Positions 47,802-59,185 are shown, counted from the stretch's first letter. The stretch is DNA of 64,000 nt from Gammaproteobacteria bacterium (GCA_013288885.1 JABDBA010000009.1:4713-68712); one strand, 5' to 3'. Notes: generated by a model from the letters alone, not told the origin. Made by a program: numbers and translations.

Positions 47802-48686
47802 TTAACCACCGCGTACTTGCGCCATCACTGCCTCGGCAAAATTTTCAGTTTGTTTCTCGATCCCTTCGCCTACCGCAAAACGCACAAAATGCTGTACCTG
47901 TGCATTGTTTTGTTTTAACAATTGCGCGACGCTGATATCGGGATTTTTAACAAACGGTTGCCCTAGCAGACTGACTTCATCCAAAAATTTCTTGATGCGC
48001 CCTTCGACCATTTTTTCAATGATCGCGGGTGGTTTGCCGCTGGTTGCTGCTTGCGCACTAAAAATTTCTTTCTCTTTATTCACCAACTCTGCTGGCACTT
48101 TATCGCTGCTCACGACTAACGGATTATTCGCTGCAATGTGCATCGCTAAATCACGGCCTAATTGAATATCACCACCTGTTAATTGCACCATCACACCAAT
48201 GCGACCACCGTGAATATAAGAAACTAATTTGCCATCGGTAGTGAATAATTCGACACGACGGATCTGCACATTTTCACCCACTTTCGCAATCAAAGCGGCG
48301 CGCGCTTGTTCTATCGTCGTCGCACTGTTTGGCTCAATCGGTTGTGCGGATAAAACAGCCACATCACTCAACTTGCTAGCCAACGCCACTTCGGCCACAC
48401 GCTCAGCAAAGTGTTTGAAATTATCATCGCGACCCACAAAATCAGTTTCGCAATTAATTTCTACAATAACACCGGTGTGGTGATCATGACTTGTTTTCGC
48501 AATCACTGCACCTTCGGCTGCTACGCGCCCTGCTTTTTTATCGGCTTTAGCAGTGCCTGATTTGCGCATAGCATCGATGGCAGCATCAATGCTACCACCG
48601 GCTGCTACTAGTGCTTTTTTACATTCCATCATGCCTGCGCCGGTGCGCTCACGTAATTCACGTACTTGTTCTGCTGTAATTGTCAT
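47802..48686 (-). CDS. tsf: Elongation factor Ts
   Basis: VRELRERTGAGMMECKKAL. Confidence 0.97.
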   Translation of the reverse strand: MTITAEQVRELRERTGAGMMECKKALVAAGGSIDAAIDAMRKSGTAKADKKAGRVAAEGAVIAKTSHDHHTGVIVEINCETDFVGRDDNFKHFAERVAEVALASKLSDVAVLSAQPIEPNSATTIEQARAALIAKVGENVQIRRVELFTTDGKLVSYIHGGRIGVMVQLTGGDIQLGRDLAMHIAANNPLVVSSDKVPAELVNKEKEIFSAQAATSGKPPAIIEKMVEGRIKKFLDEVSLLGQPFVKNPDISVAQLLKQNNAQVQHFVRFAVGEGIEKQTENFAEAVMAQVRGG

Positions 48687-48691
48687 TGTTT

Positions 48692-49465
48692 TTATACTCC
48701 ATCGTCTTCTGCACTAGGTGCTTCTGGGATTTTTTCTTGCGCTTTAGGTTCTTCAGCAGATTTTGTCGCAAGTTCTTTGGTATCAGCCACTGCGCGCGCT
48801 TCAAGAATAGCATCAGCAACGCTGGTCACATAAAATTCCACGGCACGAATCGCATCGTCATTGCCCGGAATAATATAGTCGATACCTTCTGGGTTATGAT
48901 TGGTATCAACGATTGCAATCACTGGGATGCCTAATTTTTTGGCTTCTGAGATCGCAATTTTCTCATGGCCAATATCCACCACAAATAAAGCATCGGGTAA
49001 ACCGCCCATTTCTTTAATACCACCCAAGCTGCGTTCTAATTTAATTTTTTCACGTGTTAGATTTAACGCTTCTTTTTTGGTTAAAGCATTAACTGTGCCA
49101 TCAGCTTCCATCGCTTCAATATCTTTCAAACGCTTGATCGATTGGCGCACGGTACGATAGTTGGTTAACATGCCACCCAACCAACGGTGATCCACATAGG
49201 GCATTCCACAGCGAATCGCTTGTTCTTTAATAATGTTATGCGCAGCGCGCTTGGTTCCTACAAAAAGGATTTTGCAGTGTTTAGCCGCCAAACTGCCTAG
49301 ATAATTTAAGGCATCGTTGAACAACGGCAGCGTTTTTTCTAAATTAATGATATGGACCTTATCACGTGCACCGTAAATAAAAGGTGCCATTTTAGGGTTC
49401 CAATGACGGGTACGGTGTCCAAAATGCACACCTGCTTCTAACATTTGTCTCATGGTAATAGTCAT
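48692..49465 (-). CDS. rpsB: 30S ribosomal protein S2
   Basis: [21 protein letters not shown] lies 5 nt upstream of the ATG at 49465, so the track start at 49501 is rejected. Confidence 0.97.
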   Translation of the reverse strand: MTITMRQMLEAGVHFGHRTRHWNPKMAPFIYGARDKVHIINLEKTLPLFNDALNYLGSLAAKHCKILFVGTKRAAHNIIKEQAIRCGMPYVDHRWLGGMLTNYRTVRQSIKRLKDIEAMEADGTVNALTKKEALNLTREKIKLERSLGGIKEMGGLPDALFVVDIGHEKIAISEAKKLGIPVIAIVDTNHNPEGIDYIIPGNDDAIRAVEFYVTSVADAILEARAVADTKELATKSAEEPKAQEKIPEAPSAEDDGV

Positions 49466-49626
49466 AATAATCTCCGATTGTATTGTGGGTTGGGCCTCCA
49501 TCTACTCCATATCTCAAGCTTTTAAGGGCCACCCTAGAGATATGTGTCGGTAGATGTGTGGATTTATTTGCGTTTATGCGCCATGCTTTATACCATAGAT
49601 AGTTATTTACGACAACGGTACTTTAT

Positions 49627-50388
49627 ATGAACATTATCATTAAGACCCCCGAAGAGATTGCCAAAATGCGGGTAGCCGGTCGGTTGGCGGCAGAAGTACT
49701 GGAAATGATAGCCCCCTACGTGAAAGAGGGCATCACCACCGACGAACTGGACAAGATTTGCCATGACTACATCGTCAATGTGCAAAAAGCCATCCCTGCC
49801 CCGCTGAATTACCATGGCTTCCCTAAGTCCATCTGTACTTCGGTCAACCACCAGGTCTGCCATGGCATCCCCGGCAAGCGTAAGCTGGTTAATGGCGACC
49901 TGCTGAATATTGATGTCACGGTGATAAAAGACGAATTCCATGGTGATACCAATAAAACCTTTTTTATTGGCAAACCCTCGGTATTGGCCGAACGCCTGAC
50001 TAAAACCGCCTATGAATGCATGATGTTGGGTATTCAGCAAGTCAAACCGGGTGCGCATTTGGGTGATATTGGCGCGGTGATCCAAAAACATGCTGAAAGC
50101 AGCGGTTTTTCGGTAGTACGCGAATATTGTGGCCATGGTATTGGCCGCGAATTCCACGAAGATTTACAAATCCTGCACTTCGGCAGCCACGGCAGCGGCT
50201 TAAAGATTGTTCCCAACATGACTTTTACCGTAGAACCAATGATCAATGCCGGTAAACGTTTCGTGAAATTACTACCCGACGGCTGGACGGTAGTCACCAA
50301 AGATCATAGCTTATCGGCGCAATGGGAACATACGTTGGTGGTCACCGAAACCGGCTGTGAGATTTTGACGAAGCGATCGGATGAATAA
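49627..50388 (+). CDS. map: Type I methionine aminopeptidase
   Basis: MNIIIKTPEEIAKMRVAGRLAAEVL, metal ligands in the conserved blocks. 253 aa. Confidence 0.95.
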   Translation: MNIIIKTPEEIAKMRVAGRLAAEVLEMIAPYVKEGITTDELDKICHDYIVNVQKAIPAPLNYHGFPKSICTSVNHQVCHGIPGKRKLVNGDLLNIDVTVIKDEFHGDTNKTFFIGKPSVLAERLTKTAYECMMLGIQQVKPGAHLGDIGAVIQKHAESSGFSVVREYCGHGIGREFHEDLQILHFGSHGSGLKIVPNMTFTVEPMINAGKRFVKLLPDGWTVVTKDHSLSAQWEHTLVVTETGCEILTKRSDE

Positions 50389-51397
50389 GCGCAAAAAAAT
50401 ATTTATTATTTACACTGGCGGCACCATCGGTATGCAACCGTCCAAACGCGGGTATACACCTGCGGCGGGGTTTCTTACGCAGCAACTCGCTAAAATTCCT
50501 GAGTTGCAATACCCCGACATGCCGTTGTATACCATTAAAGAATATGCAACGCTGATCGATTCTGCGAATATGACGCCGCAACAATGGAACAAAATCGCTA
50601 ATGATATTATGGAAGTTTATCATGAATACGATGGTTTTATTGTGCTGCATGGCACAGACACCATGGCGTATACCACCTCTGCCCTCTCTTTCATGCTCGA
50701 AAATTTAACTAAACCAGTGATCGTCACCGGCTCGCAATTACCTTTATTTGAAATTCGCACTGATGCACGTCAAACCATTATTACTTCCTTATTAATCATT
50801 AATAATTATGCGATCCCTGAAGTTTGTCTTTATTTCGGTCATCAATTATTTCGCGGTAATCGCGCGCGCAAAATGAGTGTATTTAGTTTCACGGCTTTTG
50901 CTTCACCGAATTTTCCACCGCTGGTGGCTGCCGGAACCAATTTTGATAGCAATGAAACTCTGTGGCGAAAACCCAGTCGTAAAAAATTAAAATTACAAAA
51001 AATAAACGAACCGATGTTAGTTTGGTTGCGCCTTTTTCCTGGTATGTCGTGCGATATTTTGCGGCAAATTTTACAAACACCGGTGCAAGCGATTGTGTTA
51101 GAAACATTCGGCAGTGGCAACGCACCAGACAACAATCCTGAATTAATAAAACTATTAAAACAAGCTTGTGCGCGCGGAGTTGTAATTGTTAATTTATCGC
51201 AATGTTTATACGGCAGCGTAGACATGACACAATACGCCACCGGCAGCGCTTTAGCAGAAGCAGGCCTCATCAGCAGCTATGACATGACCCCCGAAGCTAC
51301 CCTCACCAAACTTTATTATCTCTTCAGCAAAGAAAAATCCATCACCAAAATTAAACAACAATTCCAGCAAGATTTGTGTGGGGAGTTGACGGTTTGA
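50381..51397 (+). CDS. ansA: Type I (cytoplasmic) L-asparaginase
   Basis: IIYTGGTIGM active-site motif and HGTDTM block. Confidence 0.85.
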   Translation: MNKRKKIFIIYTGGTIGMQPSKRGYTPAAGFLTQQLAKIPELQYPDMPLYTIKEYATLIDSANMTPQQWNKIANDIMEVYHEYDGFIVLHGTDTMAYTTSALSFMLENLTKPVIVTGSQLPLFEIRTDARQTIITSLLIINNYAIPEVCLYFGHQLFRGNRARKMSVFSFTAFASPNFPPLVAAGTNFDSNETLWRKPSRKKLKLQKINEPMLVWLRLFPGMSCDILRQILQTPVQAIVLETFGSGNAPDNNPELIKLLKQACARGVVIVNLSQCLYGSVDMTQYATGSALAEAGLISSYDMTPEATLTKLYYLFSKEKSITKIKQQFQQDLCGELTV

Positions 51398-51402
51398 TCC
51401 TA

Positions 51403-51504
51403 GATCCTAGGGGTCAGATCTTGACTTGCTACATGCTAAAGAGACAGTTATTGAGCCCTATAATTTCTAAGCAAGTAGCAAGTCAAGATCTGACCCCTAG
51501 GATC
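51403..51504. repeat. Perfect 30-bp inverted repeat with a 42-nt spacer
   Basis: GATCCTAGGGGTCAGATCTTGACTTGCTAC (51403-51432) and its exact reverse complement (51475-51504), starting 6 nt after the ansA stop. Confidence 0.95.
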
Positions 51505-51564
51505 GTTACGAAACAGTTCGTTACGAAACAGTTCGTCACGAACCATTGCGTTACGAACCAGTTC
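51505..51564 (+). promoter_or_regulatory. Four tandem 15-bp direct repeats (GTTACGAAACAGTTC consensus) upstream of the ATPase gene. Candidate operator or iteron array overlapping a promoter.
   Basis: Units at 51505, 51520, 51535 and 51550. The first two are identical; the third and fourth differ at a few positions. They are followed by TATACT (51574-79), AGGAGG (51587-92) and the ATG at 51603. Confidence 0.6.
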
Positions 51565-51602
51565 GTGGTAAGCTATACTTGAATTTAGGAGGCTAGTATC
51601 CC

Positions 51603-52727
51603 ATGAAACCAAGAAAATATTTCCCCCTCGGCAAGGCTTACGGCACTGCGTTTTGTAATCGCGTCAAAGAAGTTGACTGGTTAACCGGCAATTTGCTGAG
51701 TGTGAAACATACCTTGTTAGTTGCGCCTCGGCGTTATGGCAAATCCAGCTTAGCTGAAAAAGCAATAACCAATGCAAAACTACCGTTTGTAAAAATTAAT
51801 TTTCATCTTTGTGCGACCGAGGAAGAAGTAGCGCAAATTATCGTCAACAAGGTCATTAAACTGATTGGCAATGCCGTAGGGCAAGTCGATAAAATAATTA
51901 CTGCGATTAAGAAAAATGTTTTAAATTTAAGCCCCAAATTATCGTTTGGTGATGATATAGCCACGCTTGAACTCATCCCTAAACAACATATTAATCAAGC
52001 GATAGTAATTTCAGAAGCATTATTGCTACTCGATAAACTATTACATGAAAAAGATAAAAAAGCTGTTATATTCTTTGATGAATTTCAAGAAATCGCAAAA
52101 ATTAGTAAGCAATCGAATATAGAAGGGGCCATCAGAACAGCCGCACAAGAAATGCAAAATTTATCGATTATTTTCTCGGGCAGTATCCGCTCATTACTAT
52201 TGAGAATGTTTGAAGATGAAAGCAGACCGCTTTATAAGCTATGCAGAAAACTTAAATTAGAACGCATTGCGGCTAATGATTATAAAAAACATCTTAACAA
52301 AATCTCTTTAGAAACGTGGGATAAAGAATTAGCAGAACAATCTTTTAATGAAATTATGCATTATTCTAGCACGCACCCTTATTATGTTAATTATTTATGT
52401 GATATTCTCTGGCAAGAATGCGATAAATTACCCACCGCTAATGATGTGAAAAAAGCATGGGCTATTGTGGTGGAAGAAGAATGGAGTGATGCCTCAAAAG
52501 AAGTGTCTTTATTATCTTTAAACCAAAGAAAAATGCTAAAATATATTGCAACCCATGCAGCAGTTAATCTAACGAGCCAAGAAACTAGCCGAGAATTGAT
52601 GATGGCCACCAGTACCACCACCTCTGCCCTAGAGGCTTTAATCGAAAAAGACTACATTGAAATAGATGGTAGCGGGCACTATAAAATCATTAACCCGGTT
52701 ATAGCAGCAATGTTAGTGATGGAATAA
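51603..52727 (+). CDS. ATPase of the Arch_ATPase/ATPase_2 (PF01637-like) type with a C-terminal winged-helix-like region
   Basis: Walker A LLVAPRRYGKSSL, Walker B VIFFDEFQEI. 374 aa. Confidence 0.65.
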   Translation: MKPRKYFPLGKAYGTAFCNRVKEVDWLTGNLLSVKHTLLVAPRRYGKSSLAEKAITNAKLPFVKINFHLCATEEEVAQIIVNKVIKLIGNAVGQVDKIITAIKKNVLNLSPKLSFGDDIATLELIPKQHINQAIVISEALLLLDKLLHEKDKKAVIFFDEFQEIAKISKQSNIEGAIRTAAQEMQNLSIIFSGSIRSLLLRMFEDESRPLYKLCRKLKLERIAANDYKKHLNKISLETWDKELAEQSFNEIMHYSSTHPYYVNYLCDILWQECDKLPTANDVKKAWAIVVEEEWSDASKEVSLLSLNQRKMLKYIATHAAVNLTSQETSRELMMATSTTTSALEALIEKDYIEIDGSGHYKIINPVIAAMLVME

Positions 52728-52754
52728 TTATCAATATAATTAAAAGGTATAAAT

Positions 52755-54116
52755 ATGAGTACTGAACTCACTGCCACTCTCTGGCAAACTACGCGCAAAA
52801 TATTTTCGTTAGCATTACCGATGGCAGGTACGCAATTCATTAGCATTGCTGGTGGTTTTTTAAGCATGACCATGCTCGCGCAACTCGGGCATCAAGTGCT
52901 GGCTGCCAGTGGATTAATTTTTTCTACCCAAGTCACCATCGTGGTTATTGGCATGTCTATATTGATGACGCTCAGTATTTTTATCGGGCGCGCATTCGGT
53001 GCTGGTCAATTTAAACTTATCGGTAATTATTTGCAGCAAGGTTGGACGTTAGCATTAGTTATTAGCATCCCCATTATTATTTTATTTTGGCACATCAGTT
53101 CATTTTTATTATTTTTTGGGCAATCAGTTGCTATTGTCCAAATCGTGCAATCGTTTTTTCATGCGTATGTATGGGGCATTGTTCCGCTCATGTTTTTGGC
53201 TTGTAACCAACAACTTTGCTATGGCACTCATAAACAAAATTTGGTGACCGTAAGCAGCCTATTAAGTGTGCTCGTATTTTTATTTTTTGCTTACGCGTTA
53301 ATTTTTGGCAAATTTCATATGCCACGCTTAGAGGTCGCTGGGTTAGGTTACGCCATGGTGATTCAAATGTGGTTTGCTTTTATTTTTACCACCGTTTGTT
53401 TTTATACCGACAGTCATTTTAAAGATTTCGATTTATTCCATTATCGCGCCCATAAAGATTGGGGCAGTATCAAACAAATGTTTAAAATCGGCTGGCCAAT
53501 CAGTTTGCAAATGAGTGGCGAAGTTTCATCTTTTTTTGTAGTTTCAGCGATGGCTGGTTGGTTGGGTATCAATCAATTAGCCGCATTTCAAGTGATCGCG
53601 CAATACATCGTATTGATCATCGTACCGATATTCGCCATATCACAAGCCAGCGGCATTTTAATCGGGCAAGCTTGTGGCGCTAAACAATTCCACGAAATAA
53701 AAAGACTCGGCAATATTTGTATTGGCATTGGTTTAGTGTTGTCGGCCATTTCTTCTATTTTATTTATTGCTTGCCCACGTCTATTAGCATCGCTTTATAT
53801 GGATGTACATAACCCAGCAAACGCACAAACTTTACATTTTGTGGTGATATTGTTTGCCGTCTTTGCCGTATCACAAATTTTTGACACCGTGAGAAACGTA
53901 GGTACGGGTGCGTTGCGTGGACTTTATGATACTAAATTTCCGATGTACACAGGGCTTGCCGGAATTTGGTTGATTGGCATTCCACTGGGTTATTTATTTG
54001 CCTTTACGTTTCATTGGAACATCGGTGGCATCGCGGTAGGATCATTAATCGGCATGATCATCGGCTCTGCCGCTGTGTTATATCGCTGGCGTAAGATGCT
54101 TGGGGCAAGATCATAG
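52755..54116 (+). CDS. MATE-family efflux transporter
   Basis: 453 aa, about 12 TM segments. The N-terminal pattern LALPMAGTQFISIAGGFLSMTMLAQLGHQVLAA is typical of MATE proteins. Confidence 0.8.
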   Translation: MSTELTATLWQTTRKIFSLALPMAGTQFISIAGGFLSMTMLAQLGHQVLAASGLIFSTQVTIVVIGMSILMTLSIFIGRAFGAGQFKLIGNYLQQGWTLALVISIPIIILFWHISSFLLFFGQSVAIVQIVQSFFHAYVWGIVPLMFLACNQQLCYGTHKQNLVTVSSLLSVLVFLFFAYALIFGKFHMPRLEVAGLGYAMVIQMWFAFIFTTVCFYTDSHFKDFDLFHYRAHKDWGSIKQMFKIGWPISLQMSGEVSSFFVVSAMAGWLGINQLAAFQVIAQYIVLIIVPIFAISQASGILIGQACGAKQFHEIKRLGNICIGIGLVLSAISSILFIACPRLLASLYMDVHNPANAQTLHFVVILFAVFAVSQIFDTVRNVGTGALRGLYDTKFPMYTGLAGIWLIGIPLGYLFAFTFHWNIGGIAVGSLIGMIIGSAAVLYRWRKMLGARS

Positions 54117-54201
54117 CATTTTACGCTTGAGCTAATACCTAAAATAGACTATAGTTTTTGGCTTACTAATTTCTTACAGTTACTACAAAAAAACTCATCA
54201 A

Positions 54202-55266
54202 GTGATGACAAGAAAACATATGCAAAGAAAAACCCAAATAACTGCTATTTTATTAAGCATAATCATCTGCTTAACCACAACCACAAGCTACGCTAAAAAG
54301 AAAGAAGGCGGAATGCCACCTGCGGCAGTGGAAACAACAACTGTGCAAATGCAGCCATGGCAGTCGGAGGTTTCTGCTGTGGGTTCATTATCACCCAATC
54401 AGGGTGTCACCATTAAAACAGAAGTCGATGGCCGTATCACCGGGTTGTATTTTAGATCGGGTGATGATGTAAAAGCCGGTGCACCATTAGTGCAAATGAA
54501 CCCTTCTATTTTGCAAGCGCAATTAGGGTCGGCGAAAGCAAAGTTGGTATTGAGCAAAGCCAATTATGATCGCGCGCAACAATTATTTACTAAACGAGTA
54601 TTTGCGCAAGCGGATTTGGATAACGCGCGGTCGGCTTATCAATCAGATGTAGCCAATGTGGCCAATGCGCAAGCTTTGCTCGATCAAACTTTTATTCGCG
54701 CCCCATTTACCGGTCGATTGGGGTTACGTATGGTTGACCTCGGTGATTTTGTAAAATCGGGTGATTCGATTACTACCTTGAATGCTATCGATACTTTACG
54801 TGTTGATTTTCGCGTACCCGAAGTTTATTTAGGGCGTTTGGCATTAGGGCAAGCTGTGGTAATCCACTCCAGCGCTTATCCTAAAGATGTTTTTCAAGGC
54901 AAAATTTATGCCATGGATTCACAAATTGACCCCAGCACACGTAGTTTAGGCATTCGCGCCAGCATTCCTAACAAAAATTATAAATTGCTGCCCGGCGGCT
55001 CGGTTGAAGTTGATGTGAAAACCGGCGCGCCACAAAATTGGATCGGCGTGCCGGATGCTGCTATCTTATTCGACGCGCAAGGCCCCTATGTTTTTCGCGT
55101 TATTAATAACGCTGCAGTCAAAACTGCATTGACTGTGGGCCCGCGCAAAAATGGTATCGCTGCTGCATTGACTGGCCTTAAACCCGGCGATGTAATCGTC
55201 ACCAGCGGCGCATTTAAACTCACCGATGGTGCACCCGTGATGGTTGTTCCGCCGGAGAAGAAATAA
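54202..55266 (+). CDS. RND efflux periplasmic adaptor (membrane fusion protein)
   Basis: Signal/anchor sequence, a coiled-coil hairpin region and barrel-sandwich blocks (IRAPFTGRLGLR). Lies immediately upstream of the RND pump gene. Confidence 0.85.
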   Translation: MMTRKHMQRKTQITAILLSIIICLTTTTSYAKKKEGGMPPAAVETTTVQMQPWQSEVSAVGSLSPNQGVTIKTEVDGRITGLYFRSGDDVKAGAPLVQMNPSILQAQLGSAKAKLVLSKANYDRAQQLFTKRVFAQADLDNARSAYQSDVANVANAQALLDQTFIRAPFTGRLGLRMVDLGDFVKSGDSITTLNAIDTLRVDFRVPEVYLGRLALGQAVVIHSSAYPKDVFQGKIYAMDSQIDPSTRSLGIRASIPNKNYKLLPGGSVEVDVKTGAPQNWIGVPDAAILFDAQGPYVFRVINNAAVKTALTVGPRKNGIAAALTGLKPGDVIVTSGAFKLTDGAPVMVVPPEKK

Positions 55267-55271
55267 CGATC

Positions 55272-58200
55272 ATGCACTTCACCGACCTATTTATTCGCCG
55301 CCCAGTTTTCGCCACCGTGCTCAGCTTAATTGTACTGCTGGTTGGCTTGCGCGCATTTATGTCGATGCCTACACGCGAATTTCCTAATATCGAAGCCTCC
55401 GTCATCAACGTACAAACCGCATACCCAGGCGCCGGCGCTAAACTCATGGAAGGCTTTGTCACTACCCCGATGGAAAACTCCCTCAGCGGCATCGATGGCA
55501 TCGACTTCATCAACTCCGCCAGCACCCAAGGGCAAAGCTCGATCACCATCCAATTTAAACTTGGTTACGATGTAAACAAAGCTATTGCCGATGTCAGCAA
55601 CGCTGTCGCTTCTGCGCGCTGGCAATTACCAAAAGACATTAACGATCCTATTATCACCAAAGAAGATCCAAGCGCGAATCCATCGATATACATTGCATTC
55701 ACCAGCAAAACCATGACGCCAGAAGCGATCAGCGATTACATCACGCGCGTGGTGCAACCACAAATGGGAACGTTATCGGGCGTGAGCCAAGCCAAAATTC
55801 TAGGCCCACGTCAATATGCCATGCGCGTATGGCTCGACCCTAACAAAATGGCCTCGCACAATATTACTGCCACCGATGTGATACAGGGGCTCACTAACAG
55901 TAACGTGCAAGCAGCACCCGGATCACTACGATCAGCCAATCAAAAAATTGACGTGAATGCAAAAACCGATATCACTTCCGCACAACAATTTAATAATTTA
56001 GTCATCAGCAACCAAAATAATTATTTAGTACGCTTAAGCGATGTCGGCCACGCAGAACTTGGCGCTTATGACACAACCACTTCGGTCAATATTAATGGCG
56101 ATACTAAAGCAGTCGTAGTCGGTGTCATTCCACAATCAACTGCTAATCCCTTAGAAATCTCGCGTGAAATTAATAACGTTTTGCCAAAAATTATTGCCAG
56201 TGCACCCCCTGAATTACAAATTCATGTTATCTGGGATTGGTCAAAATTCATTGCGCAATCGTTGAAAGAAGTTCGTCACACCATTCTTGATGCCACTATC
56301 ATGGTCGTGATCGTTATCTTTTTATTTCTCGGCTCAATACGCACAACATTTATCCCCATCGTCACTATTCCGCTTTCGGTGATCGGTGTTTGTAGTTTGA
56401 TGTCGGCACTCGGTTATTCCGTGAATATATTAACCATGTTAGCGTGGGTGTTGGCGATCGGTTTAGTGGTCGACGATGCGATTGTGGTCGTCGAAAATAT
56501 TCACCGGCATATTGAGAATGGTGAAAAACCATTGGATGCCGCCATACTCGGGGCACGCGAAATTGGTTTTGCAGTTATTGCAATGACACTCACCTTAGCG
56601 GCGGTGTATGCACCTATCGGTTTTCTAACCGATTTAACGGGTCAATTATTTAGAGAATTTGCATTTACGCTGGCAGGTGCTGTGCTTGTTTCTGGTTTTG
56701 TGGCATTAACACTATCACCGATGATGTGTTCTAAATTTTTGAATGCAGAAATCGACAAAAAAGGTTTTGTTGCGAAGATCGAAGAAATTTTTCATTGGTT
56801 GATGGAAAAATATAGAATCTATTTGATCAAAGCATTAGACAACCGTAAAAGAGTATTGATCGTCGCCGCCGTGATTTACGCTTTGTGTATTATCTTATTT
56901 ATGACACTACACCGCGAATTAGCACCCGATGAAGATCAAGGTGTGGTGATTGCTTTTGTCACTGGCCCCAGTTCCGCTAACATCGGTTACACACAACAAT
57001 ATACCCAACAATTAGAAAGTATTTATAAAACGGTGCCTGAAATGGAAGGCTACGGCATTCTTAACGGTATCCCCAATGGCGAAAATTCTGCTATTTCTTT
57101 CTTAGTGTTAAAGCCTTGGGAAAAAAGAAGCCGTAGTGTCAGCGAAATTATCGGTTCATTATTCCCTTCATTCTGGGGAATAGCTGGGATAAAAGCATTC
57201 CCAATGAATATACCACCCCTACCCGGCACCAACTTTGGTATGCCAGTTGGTTTTGTATTGAAAACCACGGGTAGTTACGAAGACTTAAATAACGGTATTC
57301 AAAAATTAATTGCCACAGCTAACAAAGAAAACCCACGCTTAGCCAATTTAGATAGTGATCTTAAACTCGACAAACCACTGGCTGATATTTCGATTGATCG
57401 CAACAAAGCCAGTGTGTTAGGTGTATCGATGATGGATATCAGCACAGCACTGAATACATTGTTAGGGCAACCGACCAGCAGTCGTTTTGAAATGAACGGG
57501 CGCAGCTATTATGTAATTCCGCAACTCTACGCGCAGTTTATGAATAACTCACAGCAATTAGATAATATCAATGTGCGCACCGCCAGTGGCAACTTGATGC
57601 CAATTTCCAATCTCGTAACGATTAAAGAAATTGCTTCGCCGCAAAGTTTAAATCACTTTCAGCAAATGCGCTCAGCCACACTCAGTGCGGCACTTGCACC
57701 CGGTTACACCATGGGGCAAGCATTGGATTATTTACGCAATCTGGCCAGCACCCTACCCGGTAATATTCAAGTGGATTATTCCAATCAATCGCGTCAATTT
57801 ATCCAAGCTTCTGGCTCGATGGAAGAAGTATTTTTATTCGCTATCATCTTTATTTTCTTAGTATTAGCGGCGCAATTTGAAAGTTTTAGAGATCCACTTA
57901 TCGTCATGATGAGTGTGCCATTATCGTTAACCGGCGCTTTACTCGCCATTCATTTGATCGGCGGCACATTAAATATTTATACCCAAATTGGTTTAGTCAC
58001 CTTAGTTGGCTTAATCAGCAAACACGGAATTTTGATTGTGGAATTTTCGAATAAAATGCAACTCAAAGGCCTGGAAATGCGCGAAGCAGTGATTGAAGCA
58101 TCCACATTACGCTTGCGACCCATTTTAATGACCACTGGCGCAATGTTATTTGGTGCACTGCCGCTAGCGCTCGCTAGTGGCGCAGGCGCTGCTGCGCGCA

Positions 58201-58337
58201 AGCAATTAGGTTATGTGATTCTCGGCGGTATGTCGTTCGGAACGCTGTTTACGTTGTTCGTGATTCCCGTAGTTTATATGTATTTAGCGTCGCGCAAACA
58301 AAAACACGTTGAAGAAAATATACAAGGGGCCCCATGA
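55272..58337 (+). CDS. RND-family multidrug efflux permease (AcrB/AcrD/AcrF family)
   Basis: [25 protein letters not shown]. 1021 aa, 12-TM architecture. Confidence 0.93.
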   Translation: MHFTDLFIRRPVFATVLSLIVLLVGLRAFMSMPTREFPNIEASVINVQTAYPGAGAKLMEGFVTTPMENSLSGIDGIDFINSASTQGQSSITIQFKLGYDVNKAIADVSNAVASARWQLPKDINDPIITKEDPSANPSIYIAFTSKTMTPEAISDYITRVVQPQMGTLSGVSQAKILGPRQYAMRVWLDPNKMASHNITATDVIQGLTNSNVQAAPGSLRSANQKIDVNAKTDITSAQQFNNLVISNQNNYLVRLSDVGHAELGAYDTTTSVNINGDTKAVVVGVIPQSTANPLEISREINNVLPKIIASAPPELQIHVIWDWSKFIAQSLKEVRHTILDATIMVVIVIFLFLGSIRTTFIPIVTIPLSVIGVCSLMSALGYSVNILTMLAWVLAIGLVVDDAIVVVENIHRHIENGEKPLDAAILGAREIGFAVIAMTLTLAAVYAPIGFLTDLTGQLFREFAFTLAGAVLVSGFVALTLSPMMCSKFLNAEIDKKGFVAKIEEIFHWLMEKYRIYLIKALDNRKRVLIVAAVIYALCIILFMTLHRELAPDEDQGVVIAFVTGPSSANIGYTQQYTQQLESIYKTVPEMEGYGILNGIPNGENSAISFLVLKPWEKRSRSVSEIIGSLFPSFWGIAGIKAFPMNIPPLPGTNFGMPVGFVLKTTGSYEDLNNGIQKLIATANKENPRLANLDSDLKLDKPLADISIDRNKASVLGVSMMDISTALNTLLGQPTSSRFEMNGRSYYVIPQLYAQFMNNSQQLDNINVRTASGNLMPISNLVTIKEIASPQSLNHFQQMRSATLSAALAPGYTMGQALDYLRNLASTLPGNIQVDYSNQSRQFIQASGSMEEVFLFAIIFIFLVLAAQFESFRDPLIVMMSVPLSLTGALLAIHLIGGTLNIYTQIGLVTLVGLISKHGILIVEFSNKMQLKGLEMREAVIEASTLRLRPILMTTGAMLFGALPLALASGAGAAARKQLGYVILGGMSFGTLFTLFVIPVVYMYLASRKQKHVEENIQGAP

Positions 58338-59164
58338 ACACTCTCCAACCCATCATCGAAGCCGCGTTCGAACGCCGTGCTGATATCACTCCTAAAAATG
58401 TAGATGCAAAAACTAAACAAGCTATTTTAGAAGTCATTGATTTACTCGACAGCGGCAAAGCACGTATTGCCGAAAAACAAAATGGCCAGTGGGTGGTACA
58501 TCAGTGGTTGAAACAAGCGGTATTATTATTTTTTCGTATTGAAGAAAATTGTGCGCTGCAAGGTGGTTTTACGCAATTCTTCGATAAAGTACCGTTGAAA
58601 TATGCCGAAACTAATTTGGCCGCATTCCAAAACGGCGGTGTGCGTATTGTGCCACCCGCCACCGTGCGTAAAGGCGCTTATATTGCAGCCAATACGGTGC
58701 TGATGCCCTCCTACGTTAATATCGGAGCTTATATCGACAGCGGCGTGATGGTCGACACCTGGGCGACTGTTGGCTCTTGCGCGCAAATCGGTAAAAATGT
58801 GCATCTGTCGGGCGGCGTCGGCATCGGCGGCGTATTAGAACCGTTACAAGCGAACCCCACCATCATCGAAGATAACTGCTTCATCGGTGCACGCTCAGAA
58901 ATTGTCGAAGGCGTAATCGTCGAAGAAAACGCCGTTATTTCGATGGGCGTTTTCATCGGCCAAAGTACGCCGATTTATGATCGCGCCAATGACATGGTGA
59001 CTTATGGCCGCGTACCTGCTGGTGCTGTGGTTGTACCCGGCAATTTACCCGGCAAAAATGGCAAATACAGTTTATATTGCGCCGTGATCGTAAAACAAGT
59101 GGATGCAAAAACACGCAGCAAAGTGGGGATTAATGAGTTGCTGCGAGAAACCAGTTATCTTTGA
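58334..59164 (+). CDS. dapD: 2,3,4,5-tetrahydropyridine-2,6-dicarboxylate N-succinyltransferase
   Basis: [20 protein letters not shown]... with hexapeptide repeats. 276 aa. Confidence 0.92.
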   Translation: MNTLQPIIEAAFERRADITPKNVDAKTKQAILEVIDLLDSGKARIAEKQNGQWVVHQWLKQAVLLFFRIEENCALQGGFTQFFDKVPLKYAETNLAAFQNGGVRIVPPATVRKGAYIAANTVLMPSYVNIGAYIDSGVMVDTWATVGSCAQIGKNVHLSGGVGIGGVLEPLQANPTIIEDNCFIGARSEIVEGVIVEENAVISMGVFIGQSTPIYDRANDMVTYGRVPAGAVVVPGNLPGKNGKYSLYCAVIVKQVDAKTRSKVGINELLRETSYL

Positions 59165-59185
59165 TTTATGACCATGCATTTAAAC

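Noticed and set aside
49603-50157. 184-aa minus-strand ORF antisense to map. Similar long antisense or alternative-frame ORFs occur elsewhere (e.g. 18050-18412 in rpsA, 36932-37345 in fabZ/lpxD, 26752-27177 in fadD, 9521-9898 in wbpE, 50842-51270 in ansA, 24911-25126 in the lipoprotein gene).
   Set aside because: Each lies fully inside a confidently identified gene on the other strand or frame. They have odd composition (R/C/H-rich or low complexity) and no recognisable motifs. They are treated as shadow ORFs.
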